Virus record (IMG/VR): IMGVR_UViG_3300014156_000002
Location: 1-53,869 of that record
Strand: one strand, 5' to 3'
Origin: a virus
Lineage: Duplodnaviria; Caudoviricetes
DNA length: 53,869 nucleotides
Part shown: positions 18,390 through 28,756 of the stretch, one piece after another
How positions within the stretch are numbered: the first letter of the stretch is position 1
Layout of the letters: each line of letters begins with the position of its first letter
Made by a program: the position numbers and the translations under genes
The notes under the pieces: model-generated
The model's database searches: none
Told to the model about the DNA's origin: nothing
The model's input: only the letters and a program-made list of their open reading frames with translations

Positions 18390-19055
18390 ATGGCAAGGAT
18401 TTCGACACCGGCAATCTGGCTTCCGGGCTTTTTGAACGCCTGCAGCAGTGCCACCTCGACAGGCGCGGGCGCGGATGTAGCAGGCAATCCCTACTATCAG
18501 GGATTGAACCCCGGCAAGATGATTGTGCTCGGCACCAACGAGGCGCAGAACGCTGCGGCTCCCGGCACCACGCTCTATGACGGCTCCTATCAGTGGGTGC
18601 AACTTGACTCGGGTGCGACCGCCGCGAACGCGACGCTCGGTATGCCGGCGTTCATCTTGCTCGACTCGGGCGCGACTCAGGGAGCGCAGCCGGAGACTGC
18701 CTACAACGTGCCCACGGTGACAACTGCGGATCGCGCGAACACGCTTGGATTGAACCCGCTGTTCTGCGGCGTGTTCATCAACCCGGCTACCATCAGCGGC
18801 GTGGCGAACGGCCCGACTCCGGGCAACTGGACGATGATCTTCGTCGGCGCGGGCCGGGTCCAGTGCAATTACGCCGGGGCAGCGACCCTGGCGCACGTTG
18901 CGGCTCCAACCGGAGGCGGCGCGGCGACGTTCACCGATTCGGCTACCGCTCCGACCAATGGGAGCGAATGGGGGCAGAACGTGCAGGCAATCGGTGCTGC
19001 AGGCCTTGGCCTCGTGTACTTCCCCGAAATCATCTTCCGCTTCGGCGGGTTCTAA
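18390..19055 (+). CDS. Putative capsid decoration/structural protein
   Basis: Follows capsid, AGGAG RBS, G/A/T-rich. Confidence 0.6.
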   Translation: MARISTPAIWLPGFLNACSSATSTGAGADVAGNPYYQGLNPGKMIVLGTNEAQNAAAPGTTLYDGSYQWVQLDSGATAANATLGMPAFILLDSGATQGAQPETAYNVPTVTTADRANTLGLNPLFCGVFINPATISGVANGPTPGNWTMIFVGAGRVQCNYAGAATLAHVAAPTGGGAATFTDSATAPTNGSEWGQNVQAIGAAGLGLVYFPEIIFRFGGF

Positions 19056-19067
19056 CGGAGAACGACA

Positions 19068-19406
19068 ATGGCGCAGGGACTCGGTTCGTATCAGAAAATA
19101 CTCGGCGCGGTGGACACGTTCGGGGGCCACTTCTGGTCCCCCGTGCTCTACAGCGGTCCCGCGAGCTACGTGCAGGGCGGGGATGGTCCTATCGACCCCA
19201 AGGCATTCGGGTTCAATAGCTCGATCTTCACCCTGATCGGATCGATTGATACAACCAACACGTACTGGGCGGTGCCGAGGCTTGTGAGCGGCGGCGTGAA
19301 TCCGGTGTGGCAGATCGTGTGGCTTGTGCAGGCGACGGGACTTGAAGTGGGGGCGGGCGTGAATCTTTCGGCGGTCACCGCTGGGTTGAGTGCGATCGGG
19401 TACTAG
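19068..19406 (+). CDS. Putative virion structural protein
   Basis: GGAG RBS, beta-rich, last gene before a terminator. Confidence 0.6.
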   Translation: MAQGLGSYQKILGAVDTFGGHFWSPVLYSGPASYVQGGDGPIDPKAFGFNSSIFTLIGSIDTTNTYWAVPRLVSGGVNPVWQIVWLVQATGLEVGAGVNLSAVTAGLSAIGY

Positions 19407-19430
19407 GCTGGTTCTTGGGGAAGTAAGCTG

Positions 19431-19465
19431 GGGCGGCGGCCACAAACCGCCGCCCTTTTTGTTTT
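19431..19465 (+). terminator. Rho-independent terminator after the head genes
   Basis: GGGCGGCGG..CCGCCGCCC followed by TTTTTGTTTT. Confidence 0.85.
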
Positions 19466-19475
19466 GGAGAGCAAA

Positions 19476-20483
19476 TTGGCACTGATTGACATGGTGAGCG
19501 AAGTTACGGAGCTTGTTCCGGCGATGAGCCGCATTCGCGCCCGCACGCTTATCAATCGCTCGTGGAAGTATGTGCAGGATTCAATGCTCTGGAGCTTCCA
19601 ACTGTCGCAGGGCGGCTTCTCGACACCGAACATCTCGACTGCCGGCTCGATCACCTGCGCTCTCGGGTCGAATCAGATCACGGGCGACGCGGCGGCATCG
19701 GCGCAGTGGCTTTCTCTTCCGCTCTACTGGTCACCCACAACGCAGCAGATCCGGGCGCAGGGGTATTCGGTCTACTCGATCATCGCGCTCGACGCGACCA
19801 ATCCGAACGCGGTGGTGCTCACGCTTGACCGGCCGTTCGTTGACCCGCTGCCGTTCTTCTCGGGGGTTGGCTACCAGATGTACGGGGCTTACATACCAGC
19901 GCCGAAGGGCTTCAAACGGTGGCTCACTGTGGCGGATATGTTCGACCAATGGACGATGGATATCTGGACTTCGCGGCGCACAGAAGACCTGGTGGACCCG
20001 GCGCGGCAGATCGCATCGAATCCGTGGGCTATGCTTCCGCTCGGAGCCGACCGGCGCGGGGCTGGAACTACTACGCCATCGGCGACGCTCGGCCAGCAGC
20101 TTTACGAGCTGTACCCCTATCCGACCACGGAGATTGCCTACCAGTGGTACGCGGTTGTCGAGTGGCCTTACCTGATGAACAACTCCGACACGCTGCCGCC
20201 GCAGGTGACGGAAGAAGTAGTGACGCAGAAGGCGCTCACATGGGCGTACCGGGACGCGGAGGCGCGCAAAGACATCATGGCGGCAAAGGGAGCGGGCGCG
20301 AATTTCCTTGGGCTGAAGAAGGATGCCGAAGCGGACTTTTTGGCGCGGCTCAAAACGCTCAGGTTGCTCGATCGCGATGCGGTGGATTCGTACATGGTGA
20401 ATATGAAGGCCGCGACGAATGCTTTCAGGGGACCGTTCTTCAACTCGCAGACGGGAACCTCTGGGATGGGGAGGTATCAGTAA
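19476..20483 (+). CDS. Putative head-tail adaptor protein
   Basis: RTLINRSWKYVQ..WSF and ELYPYP..Y patterns resembling podovirus adaptors; TTG 19476 after GGAG. Confidence 0.55.
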   Translation: MALIDMVSEVTELVPAMSRIRARTLINRSWKYVQDSMLWSFQLSQGGFSTPNISTAGSITCALGSNQITGDAAASAQWLSLPLYWSPTTQQIRAQGYSVYSIIALDATNPNAVVLTLDRPFVDPLPFFSGVGYQMYGAYIPAPKGFKRWLTVADMFDQWTMDIWTSRRTEDLVDPARQIASNPWAMLPLGADRRGAGTTTPSATLGQQLYELYPYPTTEIAYQWYAVVEWPYLMNNSDTLPPQVTEEVVTQKALTWAYRDAEARKDIMAAKGAGANFLGLKKDAEADFLARLKTLRLLDRDAVDSYMVNMKAATNAFRGPFFNSQTGTSGMGRYQ

Positions 20484-20674
20484 TGCCGATACTCAAGGGG
20501 AAGAAGAACGAAAAACGCAACTGGCATGAGTTTCGACACGGCAAGACTTTCAAAAAGACGGCTGCGAAGTTCGGAAAGCGGCGGGCGCTTAAACAGATGC
20601 AGGCCGTAGTGCTCGGCGCGGCGCGCGGCGGCAAGAAGAAGCCAGCGAAAAAGCGTGCCAGAAAGAGGGCGTGA
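20483..20674 (+). CDS. Small Lys/Arg-rich protein (63 aa)
   Basis: ATG overlaps the previous stop; GGAGGT RBS. Confidence 0.7.
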   Translation: MPILKGKKNEKRNWHEFRHGKTFKKTAAKFGKRRALKQMQAVVLGAARGGKKKPAKKRARKRA

Positions 20675-20898
20675 TGGGACAGTCGCCGTTTGAGGGCTGG
20701 CGCGACAAAGTGATTGACTGGGCGCGAAAGATTGAGGACTGGGACAAGCCCGCTCCGAAGAAGGGTCCGGCTACGGCCAAGCAGCTCGGCTGGGCCGATC
20801 AGACTGAGATGCGCAAACTCACTCCCGAAGGCCCGAAGCTCGGCCAGAAGAAAAAGACCGCGGCGGCAAAGAAGAAGGCGGCGGCAAAGAAGCGGTAA
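20671..20898 (+). CDS. Small basic protein with KKKAAAKKR tail
   Basis: Coupled to the previous gene. Confidence 0.65.
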   Translation: MMGQSPFEGWRDKVIDWARKIEDWDKPAPKKGPATAKQLGWADQTEMRKLTPEGPKLGQKKKTAAAKKKAAAKKR

Positions 20899-20901
20899 TC
20901 G

Positions 20902-22239
20902 ATGGGTGCGTATTCCTTCATCACATTCGGTGCGCTCAAGGCGGAGTTACTCTCCCGCCTGCAAGACCCGTCCGCCCAATTCACGTCCAATGCCGAGGTT
21001 GGCGCATATCTGACCGAGGGCCTGCGTGTCATCAATGCGCTCACGTTCATCTGGAATGTTGATTTTGAGTTTGCGTTCAACTCGGGCGACACATGGAAGT
21101 CGCTTAACTATCCCGGCTCTCCTCGGCAACGCACGGTAACCGATACCGCGCTCTACTCGCAGATGGAAGCGATGCTGCTGGAGCCGGTGTCCGGCCCGGT
21201 CTGGACCGGAACTGACCAATTCAACATCGGCTTGCTCTCAAACGCTCTCCAGTACCGGCGCGATGAGTTGCTTCTCCAGTCGGCGGCGAACCCCGTCAAC
21301 CTGCTCCAGCCTTCGCCCGTGCTCTCGCAGCGCACGCTTCTCCCCGACTCGACGCTCGACCTTTTCCGTGTGCGCTGGATTCAGGCTGACTCTTCGCTCT
21401 CGCCCTACGTCCTCGGACGCGAGGACTTGACGACGGCCAACGCCTTCGGGCCCCAACTCGGCCTCGAGCCAGGTGAGCCTGATTCGTGGATGATCACCGC
21501 GAACGCGCCTCTGGCCTTCGATGTGTCTTGCCCGCCCAGCGTGAATGGCACATGGGACATGATTCTCTCGTTTGCTGGAGTGGCCTTTGCGCCTCCGGTT
21601 TCCGCGCCCGTGGGCCTGCCGGATGACTGGACATGGGTCTCGCTCTACGGGGCGCTTGCGGACGTGCTGGCGAACGCGCCAGAGGGCCGGGACAGCCTCC
21701 GGGCGAAATACTGCCTTGAGCGGTACGAGCAGGGCAGGAAGGCCATGCTGAAGCTTCCATGGCTGCTCGACGCTACCGTGGCATCGGTTACCGTGGACAC
21801 GCCCTCGTACAAGGAAATCGACTCGTGGGAGCAGAACTGGGAAGAGGTTCACCCCGCCGATGACCCGCAGATCGTGGTCGGGGGCGTAGACCTCGTGGCG
21901 CTGGCCCCGTTCGTGGTGGACTCAGGCGCAACGGTTTCCTCCGTGCTGACCGTGGTCGGCAACGCGCCGATTCCGGTGCTCGATTCGGACTTGGTGCAAC
22001 TGAGCCGGGACGGGGTTGACGCGCTCCTTAATTATGCCCAGCACGTCGCTTCGTTCAAGATGGGCGGCCAGGACTTCCTCGTGACCATGCCGCTCTATGA
22101 GCAGTTCGAGGCTTACTGCCGCCAGAAGAACGCTCAATATGCGGCGCTCAGCATCTTCAGGCCGCAGCTTGTGTCGGAAGGCAATCGCCGGGATGAAATA
22201 GACCCCCGTTTTGAGGTGGATCATGGCCCAGCGTCCTGA
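20902..22239 (+). CDS. Putative head-tail connector/tail protein
   Basis: TFGALKAELLSRLQD..YLTEG N-terminus resembling connector helices; position. Confidence 0.55.
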   Translation: MGAYSFITFGALKAELLSRLQDPSAQFTSNAEVGAYLTEGLRVINALTFIWNVDFEFAFNSGDTWKSLNYPGSPRQRTVTDTALYSQMEAMLLEPVSGPVWTGTDQFNIGLLSNALQYRRDELLLQSAANPVNLLQPSPVLSQRTLLPDSTLDLFRVRWIQADSSLSPYVLGREDLTTANAFGPQLGLEPGEPDSWMITANAPLAFDVSCPPSVNGTWDMILSFAGVAFAPPVSAPVGLPDDWTWVSLYGALADVLANAPEGRDSLRAKYCLERYEQGRKAMLKLPWLLDATVASVTVDTPSYKEIDSWEQNWEEVHPADDPQIVVGGVDLVALAPFVVDSGATVSSVLTVVGNAPIPVLDSDLVQLSRDGVDALLNYAQHVASFKMGGQDFLVTMPLYEQFEAYCRQKNAQYAALSIFRPQLVSEGNRRDEIDPRFEVDHGPAS

Positions 22240-25200
22240 TTCCTTCAAAGGCATGGACCTAACCTCGCCGGTGAATCGCATCGCGGCAGGGAAAGCGGCG
22301 CTTGCGGTTAATACCCGCGCATATACAGAGGGCGGTTTTGCCCTGCGCAACGGCCTGAGTGCGCCGATCATCACAGTCGATAGCGGCATCGTGTCGCTAC
22401 TGAGGATGAACGATACGACGCCTGCCGGTCCCGCAGACGGGTTCTGCTACATCATCGTCACCGATTCTGGCTCGGTATATGTCAATGCGGAGCAAGTGGC
22501 CAGTGGACTGAGCGGCGACCCGGTTTCCATCGTCCCATTTCGCCCAAACGCAAGCGTCCAGCCGTGGGCCTACATCGCCGATTCTTCGATGAGCGCGGTG
22601 CTCCAGACCAAGTACGCGCTAAACGATTCCTCGGCAACTTTCAGCTGCTTCGGGAATATCAAGGTGCGCTCGGACGGCTTGGTTTACAAAACAGGCATCA
22701 GGGAGCCCGCGCTTGCGCCTACGGTGTCCACCCAGAACAGCATCGTGACGGACTCAGGGGCGCTGCTTGCAACAGCGATCCCGTGGACCAACTACGCCGG
22801 ACAGAACCCGAATTACAACTTCGGCGAGACGAACGGCCAGCCTTCGCCAACGCCTGACGGCACCGCCCCGTTCATCGTCAACGTGGCGAACGCCTCGACG
22901 GTCACGATTACCGCCCTGAGTGGCGTGGCTAATATCAACGGCAACCCCGCAGCTACGCCGGCCACGCTCGGCCCGTCTACAGGGGCTTCGACCAACCCCG
23001 GCCACTACATCCAGATTGCGGGCTCGGGCGGTACGCCGGCGACGGCTACCGTCGTAACCGGCGCGTTTACGGACGGCGCAGGAAACGTGATCCCGGCAGG
23101 CGTTTCCCCACTGTGGGTGCCTTCGGTTGTGGACGTGGGCGCGGCGTTCTCGGGTGCTACGACAATTCAGGTTCCGTTCGGAGCGAAGTCGTTCCAAATC
23201 GGCATCAACTCGACCGGCAACACGTTTTCAGCCAATGCAGGGCAATTTCTGATCACCGTGCAAGTAACCACGGATGCGCTTCCTCCGTTCCTCGGCGTGC
23301 TTGGATCGATGTCGCTCTTCTACTGGGGTGACTCGCCAACCTCGGGAGGCGTGGCTTCGTATCTCTGGAAGAATCCAGATGACCCTGGGGGAGGCATCCC
23401 GCGCTCGACTTCAAACGCTGTCGGGAGCACGTCTGGTAATTCGTTCATCTTCGATGCCACATTTACCGCTGGCCTTCCTGGGTTGCCGGGGACGGGCACC
23501 GAAGATATTCCGATGCAGTGGTTCGCGCTCTCACCCGAGAGCGCAGTTATCGGCTCAGCTCCGGTGTTCCCGTCGCCCATCACAGCGACTTATCCATCGA
23601 ACAAGAGCTACAACAATTTCAACTTCGTTATGTTTGGACAGATTTATATTCCCGCGCCGGGTCAATACACGTTCGTGCTGACCAATCACGACGATTGCAT
23701 GTGGGGCATCCAGAACGCGACGCTCATCTCCGCCGTGGCATCGGGGAGCGGAGAAGGCGGCGCGGTCGGACTCTCGAACGCGGGTCAGACGATCACCGTG
23801 GCGCAGGGATACCCGCTTCTCCCGAGGCAGAATTACACCGATGGAGAAGGCGGTGACTACGCGCAAACGACGGTGGTCCTAGCTTTCGCGGCGGCTGGCA
23901 TCTACGGCATCGAAGTCGATTACGACTACTGGTTCCACTCGGGACGTATCCTACTCATCGAAGCGTCGCCAACACCGGGTGCCTCGCCGACGATCATTCC
24001 GCCGCTCACTGCTGCGGTGCGGACAGGCGTTTCCTATGCCGGGAAGTATCGCTCATCGCTGACCGGGGCGCAATCGAATCCGAGTCCCACTACCACACCG
24101 CAGACAACTCCGGTTCTCGCAAACACCGTCGCGCTTCCCTACTCGCCTGACCCGCAGGTGGACAAGTGCGACTACTACCGGCAGGACGAGGGTTTACCGA
24201 ACTACACCTATGTGGCCACGGGACCGAACACGAATCCGCCCACGCCGATTACCGACGCCCTGACAGACCTCGAAGCGGCGAACAATCCGCAGATGACGTT
24301 CACTGATTATGAGCCGGTCCCATCGATCGATCTGCCACGCTCTGGCACGGTCAACGTATCGGGCGGAGTGATTACATGGGTGTCGGGCGATAAGTTCAAT
24401 CTGCGCTGGCTGCCCGGTACGACGATGCTCATCGGCTACCCGACGCAGCTCCCCTACACCTTCATTTCGCGGCCGGTTTCGGCAACGCAGGTCAACATCC
24501 CCGGTGTGCCGGACGGGACGAATCTCGTTTACAACATCGCGGAGCCGGTTCTCGCCAATCAGCCGCTCGCGTACATGTTCGGCCCGACCGACAACATCAA
24601 CTATGTCTTCGCGGTTGGCGACCCACTGAGGCCGGGAACGCTCTACTGGTGCAACGGGTCTAACCTCGATAGCTGGTCCCAAACCAATCAATTCGACGTG
24701 ACTGACCCATCCGAGGCTCTGGTCAACGGTGCCATGTCGAGCGGGCGCGGCGTGCTGTTTTCGATCAAGCGGGCGTGGCTCATCATGCCCAACGAGTTCA
24801 ATGCGCTGGCTACGGTCACGGGGACTAGCGGGAGTACGTGGACCCTTGAAGCCACGAAGATCGACCGCGGCCTCTTCATCCCGCGTTGCGTGGCGGTAGA
24901 GGGCGGCGGAAACATCTTCTTCCGTGTGGATGACGGGATTCACTGGAGCCGCAGCGGAGCCGCTTCGGTCTCGATCACCGATGAAGACTTGTACCCGCTC
25001 TTCGTGCATGAAGGATCTACTCCGCAGCCGGTGACGCGCAACGGAGTGACGATCTATCCGCCAGATGACTCGCAGCCCGAAGCGCAGCAATTCTCGATTC
25101 AGAATGGCTATCTCTACTACGACTACGCCTATAGCTTTGGCGGGACGGTAACGGCGGAGGTCAGCTTCGTTCCTGACAGCGGAGCGACGGTGGGCGCGGG

Positions 25201-26950
25201 AATCGCGTGGCAGCAACCGGGTGAGGCTACGGCCACGGGTTCTCCAGTCCAGGCTATCATCACCGGATGGTCGGTGTCGGGCAACGTGTACACCTTCTAC
25301 GCCGTGAATAGCTTCACGGCTAACGAGTTGGTGGCGATTGCAGGACTGAGCGCGGGTCTCGCGCCATCGGCAAACGGCCTCACTTTCCCGGTCTTGGCGA
25401 GTGGACTGAGCAGCACACAGTTCGAAATTTCTCTCCCGGCTTTCGACGCGGGGTTCACGCCCGATTCCGGTACGGCAACTCCGGCATTGCCGAACTATGC
25501 TTCCGTGGCGCTCCCTGCGCCGCCGTTCACGCCTGACCCCAGCGAGTTCGTCGCATACTCGCTCCCGACGAGTTTCTTGCCCCCCGAGACGGCCTTCGCA
25601 CTGTTCGGCGGTACGCCGGTCGCGGCGGCGGCGGCAAGCTGGATCGCGGGGGGCGCAATCGGAGCGAGCGGCGGTAACCCATTTCTCTCAGAAGTGAACT
25701 GTGGCTGGTCGAACTTCGCGCTTCCGTCGCTTCCTCCGGGCGCAGTCATTACGCGCATTTATCCGGTGATCCAAGTTGCAAACGTCATCGGCAATCCGAG
25801 CGCGGCAATGATCTTTAGCGCCGGGGTGGGAGCCTCGCAGGTCTGGGGTAATCAGTACGTCGGCGGCAACGGTGCGTATACGGCTCCATCGGCGGGGCAG
25901 TCTCTTGGCAACTCGACCGCAGACATCACAGGCGCATATGTCAACCTGAATCTCGAATCGAGTTCGGCGACGCGCTACGAGGTCAACGCGGACATGACTT
26001 CGGTTGCGCTTGCGGTCTATTACACACTGCCGAGCGGTGCTCCCTCTGGGAACCAATCGCAGACGCTCGCTTTGACAGGAACGAATCTCACGCTTCCCGC
26101 GCTGACCGTGGTGACCGGAGTCGAGGTCAATCTCGAAAGCGGCTTGGTCTTCGGAAGCGCAGGCGTTGTGACGGCGCAACTGACGGTGAACGGTACGCCT
26201 GTCGGGAGCACGAAGGCATTCAATCCAGACGCATGGCCATCCGCTGTACCTCCGCTCGGTGGCGATGGTGACCTGTGGGGTCAGGGCGGGATGAGCGGTG
26301 CACAGGCCAATCAGCTTGGCGTGAACTTTGTCGGCGTGCTCAATCCTGGCTCGCAGTTAAATCTGAACGGCGTGTCGGTGACTGTGTTCTACGAAACTGC
26401 GGTGCATCAAATAGGCACGGCGACACTGGTATACGATATCCGCGCGAAGGGATTCATTCTCGATCAGTACGCCGGATCGAAGCCCACAGTCCATGCGCCG
26501 AACGAAGGAGAGAGCCAGCAGGGAACGCTTGCCGGGTGTTCCGATGGAACGCTGCGCCTGATGCAGTCGAACGCGCCGGAGACGGTGACGGGAATTGTGT
26601 TGACTGCGGCGATTGGCGGCGTCGGATGGTTGAGCGCCTACGAAGCGACTTTCGAGTATGCTGCGGATTCCGGGGCGATGGTTTCATTCATTGCTGCAGA
26701 TGTGGGCAATGGAAGCTATGCGCCGGGTCCGATCATTTTGCCGGGGACGGGCGGCGAGATCACGAAGTACACCACAAAAGTGACGCCAAATAAGTGGAAG
26801 CTACTACAAGCTCAATTCGAGTCTCAGGATGATTCGCTCGAAGTTTATCTCGAAGGATGCGTGCTTGAAGCGAAGGCATGGGGCGATGAGGGGCTTTACA
26901 GGCCGGTTGGATTGTTCCGTCCGAACGGCGGGAAGGGAGCGCAGCCCTGA
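22223..26950 (+). CDS. Large tail (nozzle/stabilisation-like) protein with inserted beta domains, including a PA14-like segment
   Basis: FKGMDL N-terminus, LYWCNG..DSW propeller-like segment, GQIYIPAPGQYTFVLTNHDD. Confidence 0.65.
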   Translation: MAQRPDSFKGMDLTSPVNRIAAGKAALAVNTRAYTEGGFALRNGLSAPIITVDSGIVSLLRMNDTTPAGPADGFCYIIVTDSGSVYVNAEQVASGLSGDPVSIVPFRPNASVQPWAYIADSSMSAVLQTKYALNDSSATFSCFGNIKVRSDGLVYKTGIREPALAPTVSTQNSIVTDSGALLATAIPWTNYAGQNPNYNFGETNGQPSPTPDGTAPFIVNVANASTVTITALSGVANINGNPAATPATLGPSTGASTNPGHYIQIAGSGGTPATATVVTGAFTDGAGNVIPAGVSPLWVPSVVDVGAAFSGATTIQVPFGAKSFQIGINSTGNTFSANAGQFLITVQVTTDALPPFLGVLGSMSLFYWGDSPTSGGVASYLWKNPDDPGGGIPRSTSNAVGSTSGNSFIFDATFTAGLPGLPGTGTEDIPMQWFALSPESAVIGSAPVFPSPITATYPSNKSYNNFNFVMFGQIYIPAPGQYTFVLTNHDDCMWGIQNATLISAVASGSGEGGAVGLSNAGQTITVAQGYPLLPRQNYTDGEGGDYAQTTVVLAFAAAGIYGIEVDYDYWFHSGRILLIEASPTPGASPTIIPPLTAAVRTGVSYAGKYRSSLTGAQSNPSPTTTPQTTPVLANTVALPYSPDPQVDKCDYYRQDEGLPNYTYVATGPNTNPPTPITDALTDLEAANNPQMTFTDYEPVPSIDLPRSGTVNVSGGVITWVSGDKFNLRWLPGTTMLIGYPTQLPYTFISRPVSATQVNIPGVPDGTNLVYNIAEPVLANQPLAYMFGPTDNINYVFAVGDPLRPGTLYWCNGSNLDSWSQTNQFDVTDPSEALVNGAMSSGRGVLFSIKRAWLIMPNEFNALATVTGTSGSTWTLEATKIDRGLFIPRCVAVEGGGNIFFRVDDGIHWSRSGAASVSITDEDLYPLFVHEGSTPQPVTRNGVTIYPPDDSQPEAQQFSIQNGYLYYDYAYSFGGTVTAEVSFVPDSGATVGAGIAWQQPGEATATGSPVQAIITGWSVSGNVYTFYAVNSFTANELVAIAGLSAGLAPSANGLTFPVLASGLSSTQFEISLPAFDAGFTPDSGTATPALPNYASVALPAPPFTPDPSEFVAYSLPTSFLPPETAFALFGGTPVAAAAASWIAGGAIGASGGNPFLSEVNCGWSNFALPSLPPGAVITRIYPVIQVANVIGNPSAAMIFSAGVGASQVWGNQYVGGNGAYTAPSAGQSLGNSTADITGAYVNLNLESSSATRYEVNADMTSVALAVYYTLPSGAPSGNQSQTLALTGTNLTLPALTVVTGVEVNLESGLVFGSAGVVTAQLTVNGTPVGSTKAFNPDAWPSAVPPLGGDGDLWGQGGMSGAQANQLGVNFVGVLNPGSQLNLNGVSVTVFYETAVHQIGTATLVYDIRAKGFILDQYAGSKPTVHAPNEGESQQGTLAGCSDGTLRLMQSNAPETVTGIVLTAAIGGVGWLSAYEATFEYAADSGAMVSFIAADVGNGSYAPGPIILPGTGGEITKYTTKVTPNKWKLLQAQFESQDDSLEVYLEGCVLEAKAWGDEGLYRPVGLFRPNGGKGAQP

Positions 26951-27726
26951 TGCCGTGGCCGGGAACTCCCAAGAGCCAGCAGTCGCCGCCGATCAATGCG
27001 CCCTCGGTGCGCTTTCCCGCGACGCTCAATGAAAACTCGTCGATGGCGGACGTGGCAGATGCGATGCGGACGGCATTCAACGGCCTTACGGTGCATGAGC
27101 AGGCGTTTGCGAATCTGCCGGAGCAGGTAGCAGCACAGGCGAAGGCGGCGGCTACACAGGTGCTCGAAACGATCTCCGCGCAGACGGTAGCGGGGGTTAC
27201 TTCGTTCAATACGCAGACAGGCGCGGTGATCTACTTCCCCGGCCTCGGCACAGTGAATAACCAGCTTGGTCAGGCGAGTTACGAGACGCAGCAGAGCGAT
27301 GCGGGGGCGAAGATTCTGGTAGGTGATTCTGGGCCGGTTACGGTGACCCTCGGTCCAGTGAACGCGCCGTGGTTCGCATTCATCGGCAACGATTCGAGCG
27401 CTACCGTGATTTTGATGCCGGATTCGGGGGCGCTGTACGGGTTGCAGTCGATTTATCCTGGCGGCTTCGCAATCATCTTCTTTGACGGCACTAACTGGTG
27501 GTCTGAGGGAGTGGCGATTGCGACGGATTCAAGCCTTGGGGTGGTCGAGCCTGACGGGGTGACCATCGGCATAGATTCAGGAATGATCTACACCCAAGTG
27601 TCAGCCGGAACCGGAGCACCGTCCAGTCACCCAGCGACACCGGGTAACCCGTTTTATTTCGATTCGGGAGCATCGCCGTGGCACGGATACGTTTGGTTTC
27701 AAAATGCGTGGAATCGCTTCAGTTAG
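26950..27726 (+). CDS. Putative tail-associated protein
   Basis: Coupled; GVTSFNTQTGAV motif shared with the fibre-like gene at 37737 (GVLSFNGRTGAV). Confidence 0.6.
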   Translation: MPWPGTPKSQQSPPINAPSVRFPATLNENSSMADVADAMRTAFNGLTVHEQAFANLPEQVAAQAKAAATQVLETISAQTVAGVTSFNTQTGAVIYFPGLGTVNNQLGQASYETQQSDAGAKILVGDSGPVTVTLGPVNAPWFAFIGNDSSATVILMPDSGALYGLQSIYPGGFAIIFFDGTNWWSEGVAIATDSSLGVVEPDGVTIGIDSGMIYTQVSAGTGAPSSHPATPGNPFYFDSGASPWHGYVWFQNAWNRFS

Positions 27727-27744
27727 AGGTATGATGGAGGGGAT

Positions 27745-28371
27745 ATGGCAAGCCTGGTTCCGGCAATATTCGACCTTGCGGCGGGTGACCCAGCCGCCAA
27801 AGAGCAGGCGCAGTTCGGAGCGCTTGGCGATTACTCGACCGGCACCGGAGAAGCTCTGACCACGGCGGGCGCAGGCGAAGAGCTTGGCATCCTGTCCGGT
27901 GATCCCACAAAGATTGCCCAGGTAGAGGCTCCTGCTATCAATGCGGGGCAGGGCCAGGTGGAGCAGCAGATGCTCACCAATGCGAATTTTGGCAACCGTG
28001 GTGGCGGCACGAACGCATCGACGCAGAACGCAGAGGGTGCGAACCGCGCGAACATCATCGACCTCACCGGGAACCTCATCGAAAACACGGCAGGCGCAGC
28101 GGTGGGGCAGGGAACAGGGCTGCTCTCGCAGGCGGGTTCGGACATTGGCAACGAAGCGCAGCTGGCTGAGCAGCGCCGCTCTCAGGTGAATCAGGACGTT
28201 GGTGGAATCGCCACGGGCGCGGCCGAGATTGTGACTGGATTGTTTGGCGGCGGACTCGGAGGCGGGGAAGGCATCGACCCCGGCACCTTCGATAGCCTGA
28301 TGAAGTCGGGAACCGTGCAGCCCGAGCAACTTGATTTGAGCACGGCGCAGCCTACAGAAATACCGATGTAG
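27745..28371 (+). CDS. Putative internal virion (ejection) protein
   Basis: G/A/Q-rich helical protein after the tail genes. Confidence 0.5.
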   Translation: MASLVPAIFDLAAGDPAAKEQAQFGALGDYSTGTGEALTTAGAGEELGILSGDPTKIAQVEAPAINAGQGQVEQQMLTNANFGNRGGGTNASTQNAEGANRANIIDLTGNLIENTAGAAVGQGTGLLSQAGSDIGNEAQLAEQRRSQVNQDVGGIATGAAEIVTGLFGGGLGGGEGIDPGTFDSLMKSGTVQPEQLDLSTAQPTEIPM

Positions 28372-28376
28372 AAGGA

Positions 28377-28745
28377 GTGGTCATGGCATTTCAGAAAGTC
28401 AATCGAGCGATCGGCGGAATCACGCCCCTCGGCAAGTTCACCATCACCCCCGGCACTCCGCAGAACATCCTTGCCAATACCGCGCTATCGACCATCCGGT
28501 ACGCTTTCCAGTGCCGCCAGTTGGGATTCAGCGTGTCGAGCACGGTGGTCGGGGAAGTGTACGTGAACTACGGAAACATCGCTGGACTGGGGAACCAGAC
28601 GGCGCTCATCGTTCAATCCGCGCAAGAGGCTGGGCTTCCGCTGACATCCCGAACCACGGACTCGATGATCGATGCTTCCGAGTATTGGCTGGACGGGAGC
28701 GCCGCGTGCGTGGTGACTGTGTACGCTTTGGACGGAAGCTCGTAA
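28377..28745 (+). CDS. Hypothetical virion-region protein
   Basis: AAGGAG RBS, in operon. Confidence 0.65.
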   Translation: MVMAFQKVNRAIGGITPLGKFTITPGTPQNILANTALSTIRYAFQCRQLGFSVSSTVVGEVYVNYGNIAGLGNQTALIVQSAQEAGLPLTSRTTDSMIDASEYWLDGSAACVVTVYALDGSS

Positions 28746-28756
28746 GGCGGTGAATC

